A stretch of DNA of 36,662 nucleotides from an uncultured Acidobacterium sp. (GCA_964495855.1 CAZBYY010000002.1:1-36662), one strand, 5' to 3'; positions 17,575 to 26,383 are shown, counted from the first letter of the stretch. A program made the numbers and translations. The notes: a model not told the origin generated them from the letters alone.

Positions 17575-19728
17575 GTGCGAAAGTTCGATGTCGTAATGCT
17601 GCTCGCCATCCTGGCGTTGGCAGCCGGCCTGCGCGTGTGGGCGCCCTGGGACGATGTGTTGAGCGGCCCGCGCGTGAACTTCCTCGAAACCGACGCGTGG
17701 TATCACGTGCGTCTCGCCGAAAGCCAGGTGCGCAATTTCCCGTATCGCATCACGGTCGACCCGTACGTTGCGCCCGACGGCGAGTACGTGCCCGTCGCGC
17801 CGCTGCTCGATGCCACGATTGCGTCCGTCGCGTTCCTGACGAAGGGCCGTGACGCCTCAACCGACTACATCGAGCGTGTCGCCGCGTTCGTGCCGGCGAT
17901 CGCCGGCGTGTTGTCGGTGCTGGCGGTGTGGGCGCTGGCGACCATTGCCTTCGATCGCCGCGCGGGACTCATCGCCGGCCTGCTGGCCGCGATCCTGCCC
18001 GGGCATTTCCTCGATCGCACGTTGATCGGCTTCGTCGACCATCACGCGCTCGAAGTGTTGTTTTCGTTCGCGACACTGGCGTGCATCGCCTACGGCACGG
18101 CGATCGGCGCCGGTGTGTGCCTGGGCTTGTATTTGCTGACCTGGGCGAGCGGCGCGTACTTCGTCTTCATCCTTGCCGCGTGGGTCGTGCTCACCGCGAT
18201 CGTAGCGCCAAAGTATCGCGACACCGCGAACCGGTTCACGGCGATCACCGCAGCGGTCGCGCTGGCGATGGTGCTCGTGTTCCAGAACCCCGCGTTGTAC
18301 CGCTACAACACGCAGGTGGCGTCACTGGCCGGACTGCTGCTCCTCGCTGTTGCGTTGATGTACCTCGGCGGCCGCGTCGTTCGCGCGATGGGAGTGATCG
18401 CGCTCCTCGCGATCGCGTTCGTCGCCGTCGCCTGGCTGGTCACGCCGACGCTCGTGCAGCAGGTGATCGCGGATGTTGGCCGCTTCCGTCCAGACCCGTC
18501 CCGAATGGCCGTGCTCGAAGCGCGCCCGTTGTTCCTCTACTCGGGCAACTGGGATTGGCGGCAGCCGTGGATCTTCTTTCGCAGCGGTTTCTACGTGGGC
18601 ATCGTGGCTGTCATGGCCCTGGCTGTCTCCGCGCTGCGATCGAGGCGCGTCGATCACCCCCTGATCGTCAGCTTCACGATTGCGAATTACCTGTCGACGC
18701 TCGGCCAGAACCGGTTCGGCTACTACCTCGTGCCGTCCACGGCCGTGGTGATCGGATGGCTGGCGACCCAGGTGCTCGACTGGGGCGGCGTCCCGCACGC
18801 GGACAACCCCTCCCCGAAGATCCGTCCGCGCATTGTCTTCCAGCGCGAGATCGCGGTGATTGCGGTCGCCGGCCTCGCGATCGCGCCCAACATCGTCCCG
18901 GCGGCGATCACGACCACTCGTGTGGGTGGCATGCCCGACTACTGGTTCCAGGCGATGCAGTGGCTGCGCGCGCACACGCCGGAGCCGTTCGGATCGGCGG
19001 ATTACTACTACACGCATTACGGCACCGAGATCACGCGGGCGTCGTTCACCGTCATGAACTGGTGGGACCAGGGCTACTGGATCGCGCAAACGGCGAGACG
19101 CGTGCCGGTCAGCAACCCCACGCAGACCGGCGCCGATACGGCGGCCATGCTGCTCACCGCGACGGACGAAGGCGACGCGCTCGCCAGGCTGTCGGCTACG
19201 CGATCAAAGTATGTGATCGTCGATTTCGAGCTGCCGTTTCGCGAGCAGGCCGACGGCTCGCTCGCGGGCCGTTTTCAAAATCTCGCTGACTGGGCGCGCA
19301 TCCCCACCGAGAAGTTCTACCAATTGTGTTTCGCGCGCCGGAATGACGCCGAGCCGTGGCAGCCGACGTGGATCTACCGCGAGGCGTACTACAGGACGAT
19401 GGCGTATCGACTGATGGTGCTCGGCGGACAGGTTGCTGAACCCGTTAACAACACCTACGTCGTCGAAACGCGCGAGCGCGTGGATTCGACCGGCCGCCGC
19501 TTTTGCGAAGTGGCGAACCGCTGGCAATACGCGCGTCCCGAGGATGCGAAGACCACGGCCGCACAACGCGGCCGCAACTTCGAAGCGGTGGGACTCACGC
19601 CGTGGCAGCCCGCGTTCTCGGTACCTGCGATCACGCGTCTGAAAGTCGCGGCCGAGTTCCGTGATCCCGGACAGAAGGCGAACGAGACTCCGATGGTGAG
19701 GATCTTCGAAGTCACGGATTCGCGCTGA
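17575..19728 (+). CDS. Oligosaccharyltransferase of the STT3/AglB/PglB family (archaeal AglB-like)
   Basis: The N-terminal ~460 aa are multi-spanning membrane. Motifs appear in canonical order: FLETDAWYHVR (D40, nt 17692), GFVDHHALE (D155, nt 18037), MAVLEARP (E315, nt 18517) and NWWDQGYWI (nt 19060-19074, the WWDYG motif). These are followed by NPTQ and KYVIVDFE. The start is GTG 17575 or ATG 17596. Confidence 0.8.
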   Translation: MRKFDVVMLLAILALAAGLRVWAPWDDVLSGPRVNFLETDAWYHVRLAESQVRNFPYRITVDPYVAPDGEYVPVAPLLDATIASVAFLTKGRDASTDYIERVAAFVPAIAGVLSVLAVWALATIAFDRRAGLIAGLLAAILPGHFLDRTLIGFVDHHALEVLFSFATLACIAYGTAIGAGVCLGLYLLTWASGAYFVFILAAWVVLTAIVAPKYRDTANRFTAITAAVALAMVLVFQNPALYRYNTQVASLAGLLLLAVALMYLGGRVVRAMGVIALLAIAFVAVAWLVTPTLVQQVIADVGRFRPDPSRMAVLEARPLFLYSGNWDWRQPWIFFRSGFYVGIVAVMALAVSALRSRRVDHPLIVSFTIANYLSTLGQNRFGYYLVPSTAVVIGWLATQVLDWGGVPHADNPSPKIRPRIVFQREIAVIAVAGLAIAPNIVPAAITTTRVGGMPDYWFQAMQWLRAHTPEPFGSADYYYTHYGTEITRASFTVMNWWDQGYWIAQTARRVPVSNPTQTGADTAAMLLTATDEGDALARLSATRSKYVIVDFELPFREQADGSLAGRFQNLADWARIPTEKFYQLCFARRNDAEPWQPTWIYREAYYRTMAYRLMVLGGQVAEPVNNTYVVETRERVDSTGRRFCEVANRWQYARPEDAKTTAAQRGRNFEAVGLTPWQPAFSVPAITRLKVAAEFRDPGQKANETPMVRIFEVTDSR

Positions 19729-19858
19729 TCGTCGATCGATCACAAGAGGCGTGCGCTAGTCTCATGAGAACGTCTCGCGACCGGCGCCCGGGGGCAGCCA
19801 CCCCGCGATCCTGCTGTCCTGCTAGCCCGCGAGCGTGCGGGCCTGATAGCCTGTAAGC

Positions 19859-20752
19859 GTGAGGCTGTCCTCCTTCCAGCGTCTTGCGATCTGGACGACT
19901 GCGACCACCTATCTGCTGATCCTCGTCGGCGGACTCGTCCGCGCATCGGGCGCAGGACTCGGATGCCCCGACTGGCCGCGCTGTTTCGGATCGTGGATCC
20001 CGCCCTCGTCTGCCGCGGCCTTGCCGCCGCAGTTCGATCCGTCGCAGTTCAATCCAACGCTGATGTGGACGGAGTACCTCAATCGGCTGCTGGGCGTGAC
20101 GGTCGGGTTCCTGATCTTTGCGACCGCAGTCTCCGCCTGGCGTCATCACCGCCGGGAGCCGCGCATCCTGTGGACGACGATCGCCGCGTTCCTGCTCGTG
20201 GGGTACGAAGGTTGGCTTGGCGGCCGTGTCGTGGCGCACCAGCTGGCCCCGTGGATCGTCACGGCGCATCTGATCGTTGCCATCGTGATCGTGCAGCTGC
20301 TGCTGTATGCGACGTTCGTCGCCGGCGCGCCGCGTGCGACGCATGCGACGGGCGCCACGTGGGGGGCCACCGTCCTCATCGCCCTTACGCTGCTGCAGGC
20401 CGGCGTCGGCACGCAGGTGCGCGGTGACATCGATGACGCGGTCGCCGCCGGCACCGAACGCCTCCACGCGCTCGCGACCGTCGGCCGCACCGATGTTCTG
20501 CACCGCGATCTCGCCTTCATCGTGCTGATCGTGACGACCCTGGTGGTGTTGCGGCTGCTGTCGCGCAGGTCGCCGCTGGTTCGCTGGGGCGTGGCGATTC
20601 TGGCGCTGGTGCTGGGGCAGATTGCCATCGGCGTGTTCATGGCGTATGGTGCGCTGGTCCCGCCCGCGCAGGTGGCGCATTTGACGATGGCGAGCCTGCT
20701 GCTTGGAGCGGAGACCGTGTTATGGCTGCTTAGTTGGAGGCAAAGCACATGA
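19859..20752 (+). CDS. ctaA: Heme A synthase (COX15/CtaA family)
   Basis: It contains the GLGCPDWPRCFG motif, eight hydrophobic helices and conserved His residues in the helices (RHH, VAHQL/TAHLIV, LHRDL, VAHLT). The start is GTG 19859. Confidence 0.85.
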   Translation: MRLSSFQRLAIWTTATTYLLILVGGLVRASGAGLGCPDWPRCFGSWIPPSSAAALPPQFDPSQFNPTLMWTEYLNRLLGVTVGFLIFATAVSAWRHHRREPRILWTTIAAFLLVGYEGWLGGRVVAHQLAPWIVTAHLIVAIVIVQLLLYATFVAGAPRATHATGATWGATVLIALTLLQAGVGTQVRGDIDDAVAAGTERLHALATVGRTDVLHRDLAFIVLIVTTLVVLRLLSRRSPLVRWGVAILALVLGQIAIGVFMAYGALVPPAQVAHLTMASLLLGAETVLWLLSWRQST

Positions 20753-22434
20753 CGGCTCGACGATCGATCGCCGCGCTCCTCGCACTGTTCGCATGCGGCT
20801 GCTCGCAGCCTTCGCCCCCCACGCCAACCAATCAAACGTCACACGCTGCGGATCATGCCGCGACCCCGGCTCCGCGGGCGGCGTTGCTCGGCAACCTTGG
20901 CTCGTATCATCGGGAGATCAAGACCGGCAATGCGGACGCACAGCGGTTCTTCGATGAAGGCCTGACGCTGTTGTACGGCTTCAATCACGAGGAGTCGTTC
21001 AGGTCGTTTGAGCTGGCGGCCGGGAAAGACGCCGCATCGCCAATGCCGCACTGGGGCATGGCGCTCGCGTTGGGCACGAACATCAACGACATCGCGCCCG
21101 CCGAGCGATTGAAGCAGGCCTACGCGCATCTCGCAGAGGCGCAGAAGCGAAAGGCGAATGGCAGCGCCGTCGAGCAGGGACTGGTCGATGCGCTCGCGAA
21201 GCGCTACGTCGCGGATCCAACCGGCGACCAATCCGCTCGTGAGCGCGACTACGCCAATGCGATGGCGGCCTTGTCGAAGACGTTCCCCGAGGATCTCGAT
21301 GTCGCGACGCTGTATGCGGAAAGCATGATGAACCTGCGTCCGTGGCAGCTCTACGCAGCCGATGGGACGCCGGCGCCGGGCACGGCGGAAATCGTCGCTG
21401 CGCTCGAAGGCGTGATGCGTCGAAATCCGAATCATCCCGGCGCCAATCACTACTACATCCACGCGGTCGAGGCGTCGAAGTCTCCCGATCGCGCGACCGT
21501 GCAGGCCGAGCGCCTCGAAACGCTCGTGCCTGGCGCTGGTCACCTGGTCCACATGCCGGCCCACATCTACATCCGCACGGGGCAGTACGCGAAATCGGCG
21601 AAGAGCAATGCCGATGCGGCGGCGGTTGACGAACGCTACTTCAAGGCCACGGGCACGAGCGGCATGTACGCGACGATGTACTACACGCACAACCTGCAGT
21701 TCGAATCGGCGGCCGCGATGTTCGCCGGGCACCTGGCCGAAGCGAAAGATGCCGCGCGCCGCACGGTGTCGTTTGCGGATCCGATCGCCGACCAGATGAT
21801 CATGATCGAGCCGTTCGCGGCGCAGGAGCTGATCGTGCTGGTCCGCTTCGGGCAGTGGGCCGACATTCTCTCCGCAAAGGCGCCGCCGGCATCGCGTACG
21901 CTGCAGAGCGTGATCTATTACTTCGCGCACGGCGCGGCCCTTGCCGCGACGGGCAAGGTCGGCGAGGCGGAAAGTGATCTCGCCGCGTTGAAGGCCGCTG
22001 CCGCGAAGATTCCCAAGGACGGCATGGTCGGACCGGCGAACTCGGCGGCACAGGTGGCGGCTGTCGCGAGCGCGGATCTGACGGCACGCATCGCCGATGC
22101 GAAGGGCAACGTCAACGCCGCCGTCGCCGGATTCACCGCCGCCGTCGCTGCCGAGGACGCGCTTGGCTACAACGAGCCGCCTGACTGGCTGAACCCGGAG
22201 CGCGAGCGATTGGGAGCCGTTCTCCTCAAGGCGAAGAGATACGCGGATGCCGAACGCGTGTTCCGCGCCGACCTCGAGAAGAATCCGGGTAACCCGCGAT
22301 CGCTCTACGGCCTCTTCCGCGCGTTGGACGGGCAGAAGAAGTACGCAGCCACTGACACCAAAACGCAGTTTGAGAAGGCCTGGGCCGGCGCCGACGTCAC
22401 ACTCAGCGACGACCTCTACGGTCAGAAAAAGTGA
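20749..22434 (+). CDS. Conserved lipoprotein with TPR-like helical repeats (function unknown)
   Basis: ATG 20749 overlaps the ctaA stop (ATGA). The signal and lipobox are RRSIAALLALFACGCS. Conserved blocks HPGANHYYIHAVE and HMPAHIYIRTGQY match a widespread uncharacterised TPR family. Confidence 0.7.
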   Translation: MTARRSIAALLALFACGCSQPSPPTPTNQTSHAADHAATPAPRAALLGNLGSYHREIKTGNADAQRFFDEGLTLLYGFNHEESFRSFELAAGKDAASPMPHWGMALALGTNINDIAPAERLKQAYAHLAEAQKRKANGSAVEQGLVDALAKRYVADPTGDQSARERDYANAMAALSKTFPEDLDVATLYAESMMNLRPWQLYAADGTPAPGTAEIVAALEGVMRRNPNHPGANHYYIHAVEASKSPDRATVQAERLETLVPGAGHLVHMPAHIYIRTGQYAKSAKSNADAAAVDERYFKATGTSGMYATMYYTHNLQFESAAAMFAGHLAEAKDAARRTVSFADPIADQMIMIEPFAAQELIVLVRFGQWADILSAKAPPASRTLQSVIYYFAHGAALAATGKVGEAESDLAALKAAAAKIPKDGMVGPANSAAQVAAVASADLTARIADAKGNVNAAVAGFTAAVAAEDALGYNEPPDWLNPERERLGAVLLKAKRYADAERVFRADLEKNPGNPRSLYGLFRALDGQKKYAATDTKTQFEKAWAGADVTLSDDLYGQKK

Positions 22435-22493
22435 ACCTGCTACACTTTTACGGTTTTCGTAAATGCGAGCAAAAATGAAGCAGGTTCGTTTTT
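22433..22493 (+). terminator. Intrinsic-terminator-like structured element downstream of the lipoprotein gene
   Basis: There is a perfect 9-bp outer stem gaacctgct (22433-22441) / agcaggttc (22479-22487), followed by cgttttt. An inner hairpin is tttacg (22447-22452) - gtttt - cgtaaa (22458-22463). The stretch is AT-rich compared with its flanks. Confidence 0.5.
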
Positions 22494-22506
22494 CAGGGAG
22501 AGCGGC

Positions 22507-23412
22507 ATGAAACGCTTGGGATTGCTGGTGATGTTGGCCGTGTTCGCGACGAACGCAGCGGCGCAAGGCGGATACGACGTCGCTGCGCTCAACGCGTTTC
22601 ACGCCGAACGCGAACAGATCCTGCTCGCCGACGACGGGTGGTTCACCGTGGCCGGGCTGCACTTCCTGAATCCCGGCGACAACAAATTCGGATCGGATCC
22701 GCTCAACGACGTCGTGCTCGATTATCCAGACGTGCCCAAGCAGGCGGGCGTCATCAGCATGAACGGCACCACCGTCACGATCAAGGCCGCCGCCGGACAG
22801 ACGCTGACCTACAACGGCAAGCCCGCGAAGGAAGGCGTGCTGCGCCTCGCCGCGAACGGCCAGCCCGCCGACACGATCACCTACAAGACGACATCGTTCT
22901 TCCTGCACTACAGCGGGCCGCGGCTGGCGATTCGCGTGCGCGATCAGAACGCGCCGCTGCGCAAGAACTTCTCGGGCCTGAAGTGGTACCCGGCGAACCC
23001 GTCGGTGAAAGTCGTCGGCCAGTTTACGAAGCTCGCCAAACCGAAAACCGTCCAGGCGCCGAATATCCTCGGCGACCTCGAGCCGTTTGACGTGGCCGGC
23101 ACCGTGGCGGTAACGATCGGCGGCAAGCCGGCGAACATGGAAGCGTGGAAGTCCGGCGACCAGTTATGGTTCGTGTTCCGCGACCTGACGAGCGCCGACA
23201 CCACGTATCCGTCCGCGCGCTTCCTGTACACCGACATGCCCGGCCCCGACGGCAAGCTGGTCATGGACTTCAACCGCGCGCGCAATCCGCCGTGCGCCTA
23301 CAACCAGTGGACCACGTGCCCGCTGCCGCCGGCGGCCAACAAGCTCGCGGTGCGCATCGAGGCGGGCGAAAAGCGCTACCACGGCGACTCTCCGAGCGCC
23401 GACAAGAAGTAG
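22507..23412 (+). CDS. DUF1684 domain-containing secreted protein
   Basis: The signal peptide is MKRLGLLVMLAVFATNAAAQ. The C-terminal DUF1684 hallmarks are FVFRDLTS..TTYPSARFLY, DFNRARNPPCAYN, TCPLPP.AN.L and IEAGEKRY. Confidence 0.85.
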   Translation: MKRLGLLVMLAVFATNAAAQGGYDVAALNAFHAEREQILLADDGWFTVAGLHFLNPGDNKFGSDPLNDVVLDYPDVPKQAGVISMNGTTVTIKAAAGQTLTYNGKPAKEGVLRLAANGQPADTITYKTTSFFLHYSGPRLAIRVRDQNAPLRKNFSGLKWYPANPSVKVVGQFTKLAKPKTVQAPNILGDLEPFDVAGTVAVTIGGKPANMEAWKSGDQLWFVFRDLTSADTTYPSARFLYTDMPGPDGKLVMDFNRARNPPCAYNQWTTCPLPPAANKLAVRIEAGEKRYHGDSPSADKK

Positions 23413-23425
23413 GACGCAAACGGCG

Positions 23426-24775
23426 ATCGACTCCAGCTACGCCGCCTTCGTCACCTTCACGTTCGTTCTCGTCGTCACTCCCGGATCGACGACGGCAGTC
23501 GTCGTCCGCAACACGCTTGAATGCGGCCGCCGCGCGGGATACCTCACGGCGTTCGGCGCCGCGCTCGCCAATGCCACGATCGCGATCGCGTGCGGCCTCG
23601 GGCTCTCGGTGTTGATGACGGTGTGGCCGGGATCGCTCGAGGTGATTCGCATCGCCGGGGCGACGTTCCTCGCCTGGCTCGGTCTTTCGAGCCTCTACCG
23701 CGCGATGCGCATGCACGACGGCGGCATCAGCATGACGCTCGATCCCGACGCCGCGCCGGCCCGATCGCATGCCGGTGCGTATGTGGGGGACGGTCTCGCG
23801 ATCAACCTGCTGAGCCCGGTGATCATCAGTTTTTACCTGTCCGTCGTCCCGACCTTTATTCCGGTGGCCGCGTCGCGTTTCTATTATTCTGGTCTCGCGG
23901 CAACGCACGTAAGCATGGCGATGGCTTGTCATTCGATGTGGGCGACGGCGCTCGACCTGATGCGACGCTGGTTCGTGGCGCCGTGGACGAGGCGCGCCCT
24001 CCAGGCCGGCACCGGACTCGCGTTGATCGCCCTCGCGTTGCGCGTGCTCGGCGGCAGCGTGATCGCACCGGTGCATGCCCAAGCGCATGCGCGCGTGCCG
24101 GTCCTCGCCGAGCTGTTTACGTCTGAAGGCTGCAACAGTTGCCCGCCGGCCGATCGCCTGCTCGAAACGCTGCTGCGCGAACAGCCGATCGATGGCGTCG
24201 AGGTCGTGCCGCTCAGCGAGCACGTGACCTACTGGGACCACCAGGGGTGGCGCGATCCGTTTGACTCGCAGCAGTTCACGCAGCGCCAGCAGCAATACGG
24301 CCTGCGATTCAACCTCGATTCGATCTACACGCCGCAACTCGTGGTCGACGGCAGCCGCGAGATGATCGGCAGCGATCGACAGGCGGTGGAGAAGTCGCTG
24401 CGCGAGGCGGCCGCCGCAATCAAGACGCCACTGCAGGTGCACGTCGATGCGAACACGGCCGCGAGCGTGGATGTGTCCGCACGCGTGACGGCGCCGCCAG
24501 ACGAACGCTCCGCCGAGCTGTGGTTTGCGCTGACCGAAGATCATCTCGTCGTGCAGGTCACCCGCGGCGAGAACGCAGACAAGACGCTGACGCATTCGGG
24601 TGTCGTGCGCGTGCTGCTCAGTGCCGGCTCCGCGGATGTCAGCTCGAAAAAGGTGTCGTTCAAGTACCTGCCGGACTGGAAGCGCGAGAACCTGCGCGTC
24701 GTCTCGTTCCTCCAGTCGCGCAAGACACGCCGGGTACTGGCGGTCGGAACCACGTCGATTGGATCCCCGAAGTAA
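23426..24775 (+). CDS. LysE/RhtB-family translocator fused in frame to a DUF1223 domain (start codon uncertain)
   Basis: The frame is open from before 23414. From 23426 it reads IDSSYAAFVTFTFVLVVTPGSTTAVVVRNTLECGRRAGYLTAFGAALAN..., which is a LysE N-terminus. The first ATG/GTG/TTG in frame is only at 23609, after the first two helices. The C-terminal half, VPVLAELFTSEGCNSCPPADRLL...HVTYWDHQGWRDPF, is DUF1223. Confidence 0.5.
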   Translation: MDSSYAAFVTFTFVLVVTPGSTTAVVVRNTLECGRRAGYLTAFGAALANATIAIACGLGLSVLMTVWPGSLEVIRIAGATFLAWLGLSSLYRAMRMHDGGISMTLDPDAAPARSHAGAYVGDGLAINLLSPVIISFYLSVVPTFIPVAASRFYYSGLAATHVSMAMACHSMWATALDLMRRWFVAPWTRRALQAGTGLALIALALRVLGGSVIAPVHAQAHARVPVLAELFTSEGCNSCPPADRLLETLLREQPIDGVEVVPLSEHVTYWDHQGWRDPFDSQQFTQRQQQYGLRFNLDSIYTPQLVVDGSREMIGSDRQAVEKSLREAAAAIKTPLQVHVDANTAASVDVSARVTAPPDERSAELWFALTEDHLVVQVTRGENADKTLTHSGVVRVLLSAGSADVSSKKVSFKYLPDWKRENLRVVSFLQSRKTRRVLAVGTTSIGSPK

Positions 24776-24800
24776 ACGCATCCCGACGCGGCCGCCGTCG

Positions 24801-26357
24801 ATGCAGCCGGCACCCGTCGCCGATCCCGATGCCGCCTCCTTCCTCGACGATGGGGCGCACTATCCGGGTGGACATGCGCGCGGCGTCGTGCGCGTGCGTG
24901 ACGCTGCAGAAGTCTCCGCACTCCTGAGAGAAGGGAGGCGCATCCTCCCGATCGGCGCGCAGTCATCGCTGACCGGCGGCGCGACGCCGTTCGGTGAAGT
25001 GGTGCTCAGCACGGAACGATTGACGCAGGTCGCACGGCAGGGTGATCGCGTGCGCGTGGGCGCCGGAGTGACGTTGCAGGCGTTGCAGGACGACCTTGCG
25101 CCGGCAGGCCGATGGCTGCCGCCGGTGCCGACGTACCTCGGTGCGTTTGCAGGCGGCGCCGTGGCGACATGCGCAGCGGGCGCGGCGACGTTCAAGTACG
25201 GCACGATGCGCGACTGGGTCGACGGCCTCACGATCGTGCTTCCCGGCGGCGACGTGCTCGAGATCGAAAGGGGGGACTACCACGCCGATGCGGACGGCAG
25301 GTTCGTGATCGCCACCGCAACCGGCGATCGCATCGTCCAGGTGCCGCGCCTCCACATGCCGGACGTACCCAAGCGATCCGCCGGCTACCACTGCGCTCCG
25401 GGCATGGACCTCGTCGATCTGTTCATCGGCTCGGAAGGAACGCTCGGCGTCGTGACCGACGTCGTGTTTCGAACCGCGCCGCGACCTGCGGGCGTCTGCC
25501 GCGCGATGGTGCCGGTATCGACGGAGCAGGCCGCCATCGACCTCGTCGCCGACTTGCGCGAGGCATCGATCCGCACGTGGCGCAGTGGTGATCCGCTCGG
25601 CGTCGACATCTCGGCCATCGAGCACATGGATGCGCGCTCGATCCAGGTCGTCCGTGAGGACGGCATCGATCGAAAACTCGACCTGGTCCTTCCTGTCGGC
25701 GCCGCCGTCGTGCTCTTGATCGACCTGGAGTTGCCGGCCGTCATGGCGTCCGCCGACCTGTGGTCCCAGCTGGAGTCGATCCGCGACGCATCGGCAATGG
25801 ACTCACCATTGACGCGCTTCTGCCGCATGCTCGATCGACGGCAGGCGCTCGACGATGCGGAGATCGCGCTGCCGAAGGACCGCGCCCGCGCGGCGGCGTT
25901 TGCCGAGCTGCGCGAGGCCGTGCCTGCCGGCGTCAACCGCCGCGTCGCGCGGGCGAAACAGATCGACCCGCAGATCTCGAAGACCGCCGCCGACATGATC
26001 GTGCCCTTCGACCGCTTCGGCGACATGATGCGGGAGTGCCGCCGCGTCTTCGACGAACGCGATCTCGATCTCGCGGTGTGGGGGCACATCTCGGACGGCA
26101 ACGTGCATCCCAACGTGATTCCCCGCAGCGCCGACGATGTGACGAAGGGGCGGGACGCGATTGTCGAGCTCGGCCGCGCGGTGATCGCGGTGGGTGGGTG
26201 CCCGCTCGCCGAGCACGGTGTGGGACGGAACCTCGTCAAGCAGCAGCTGCTCGAATTGCTTTACGGTCGAGACGGAGTTGCGGCGATGCGCGCCATCAAG
26301 CTGAGCCTTGATCCGAATGGCTCACTCGCATCAGGAGTGATCTTCCCGCCACGATAA
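24801..26357 (+). CDS. FAD-binding oxidoreductase (GlcD / D-lactate dehydrogenase-like, FAD_binding_4 family)
   Basis: From ATG 24801 the product contains ILPIGAQSSLTGGA, the FAD-binding core DLFIGSEGTLGVVT, and a C-terminal GHISDGNVHPN...GGCPLAEHGVGR block. The upstream part of track ORF 24600..26357 overlaps the previous gene. Confidence 0.8.
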   Translation: MQPAPVADPDAASFLDDGAHYPGGHARGVVRVRDAAEVSALLREGRRILPIGAQSSLTGGATPFGEVVLSTERLTQVARQGDRVRVGAGVTLQALQDDLAPAGRWLPPVPTYLGAFAGGAVATCAAGAATFKYGTMRDWVDGLTIVLPGGDVLEIERGDYHADADGRFVIATATGDRIVQVPRLHMPDVPKRSAGYHCAPGMDLVDLFIGSEGTLGVVTDVVFRTAPRPAGVCRAMVPVSTEQAAIDLVADLREASIRTWRSGDPLGVDISAIEHMDARSIQVVREDGIDRKLDLVLPVGAAVVLLIDLELPAVMASADLWSQLESIRDASAMDSPLTRFCRMLDRRQALDDAEIALPKDRARAAAFAELREAVPAGVNRRVARAKQIDPQISKTAADMIVPFDRFGDMMRECRRVFDERDLDLAVWGHISDGNVHPNVIPRSADDVTKGRDAIVELGRAVIAVGGCPLAEHGVGRNLVKQQLLELLYGRDGVAAMRAIKLSLDPNGSLASGVIFPPR

Positions 26358-26383
26358 CAGCCGCATCCTGTCGGGGGTGCTGA

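Noticed and set aside
19759-19777. GTCTC-atgagaac-GTCTCG, with the palindrome TCTCATGAGA, upstream of ctaA as another site for the same regulator as the 1261-1314 repeats.
   Set aside because: The shared motif is only 5-7 nt long, and several chance occurrences are expected in 36 kb on two strands. There is no accompanying -24/-12 element here.
19825-19842. Hairpin gcccgc-gagcgt-gcgggc after the OST gene as an intrinsic terminator.
   Set aside because: The stem is only 6 bp and no T-tract follows. It lies about 100 nt downstream of the stop, just before ctaA. This is too weak to call.
24070-24775. DUF1223 as an independent gene downstream of the LysE-like gene.
   Set aside because: There is no stop codon between the two parts. 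No plausible RBS and start gives a signal peptide of its own. The hydrophobic segment before the domain is the last LysE helix.
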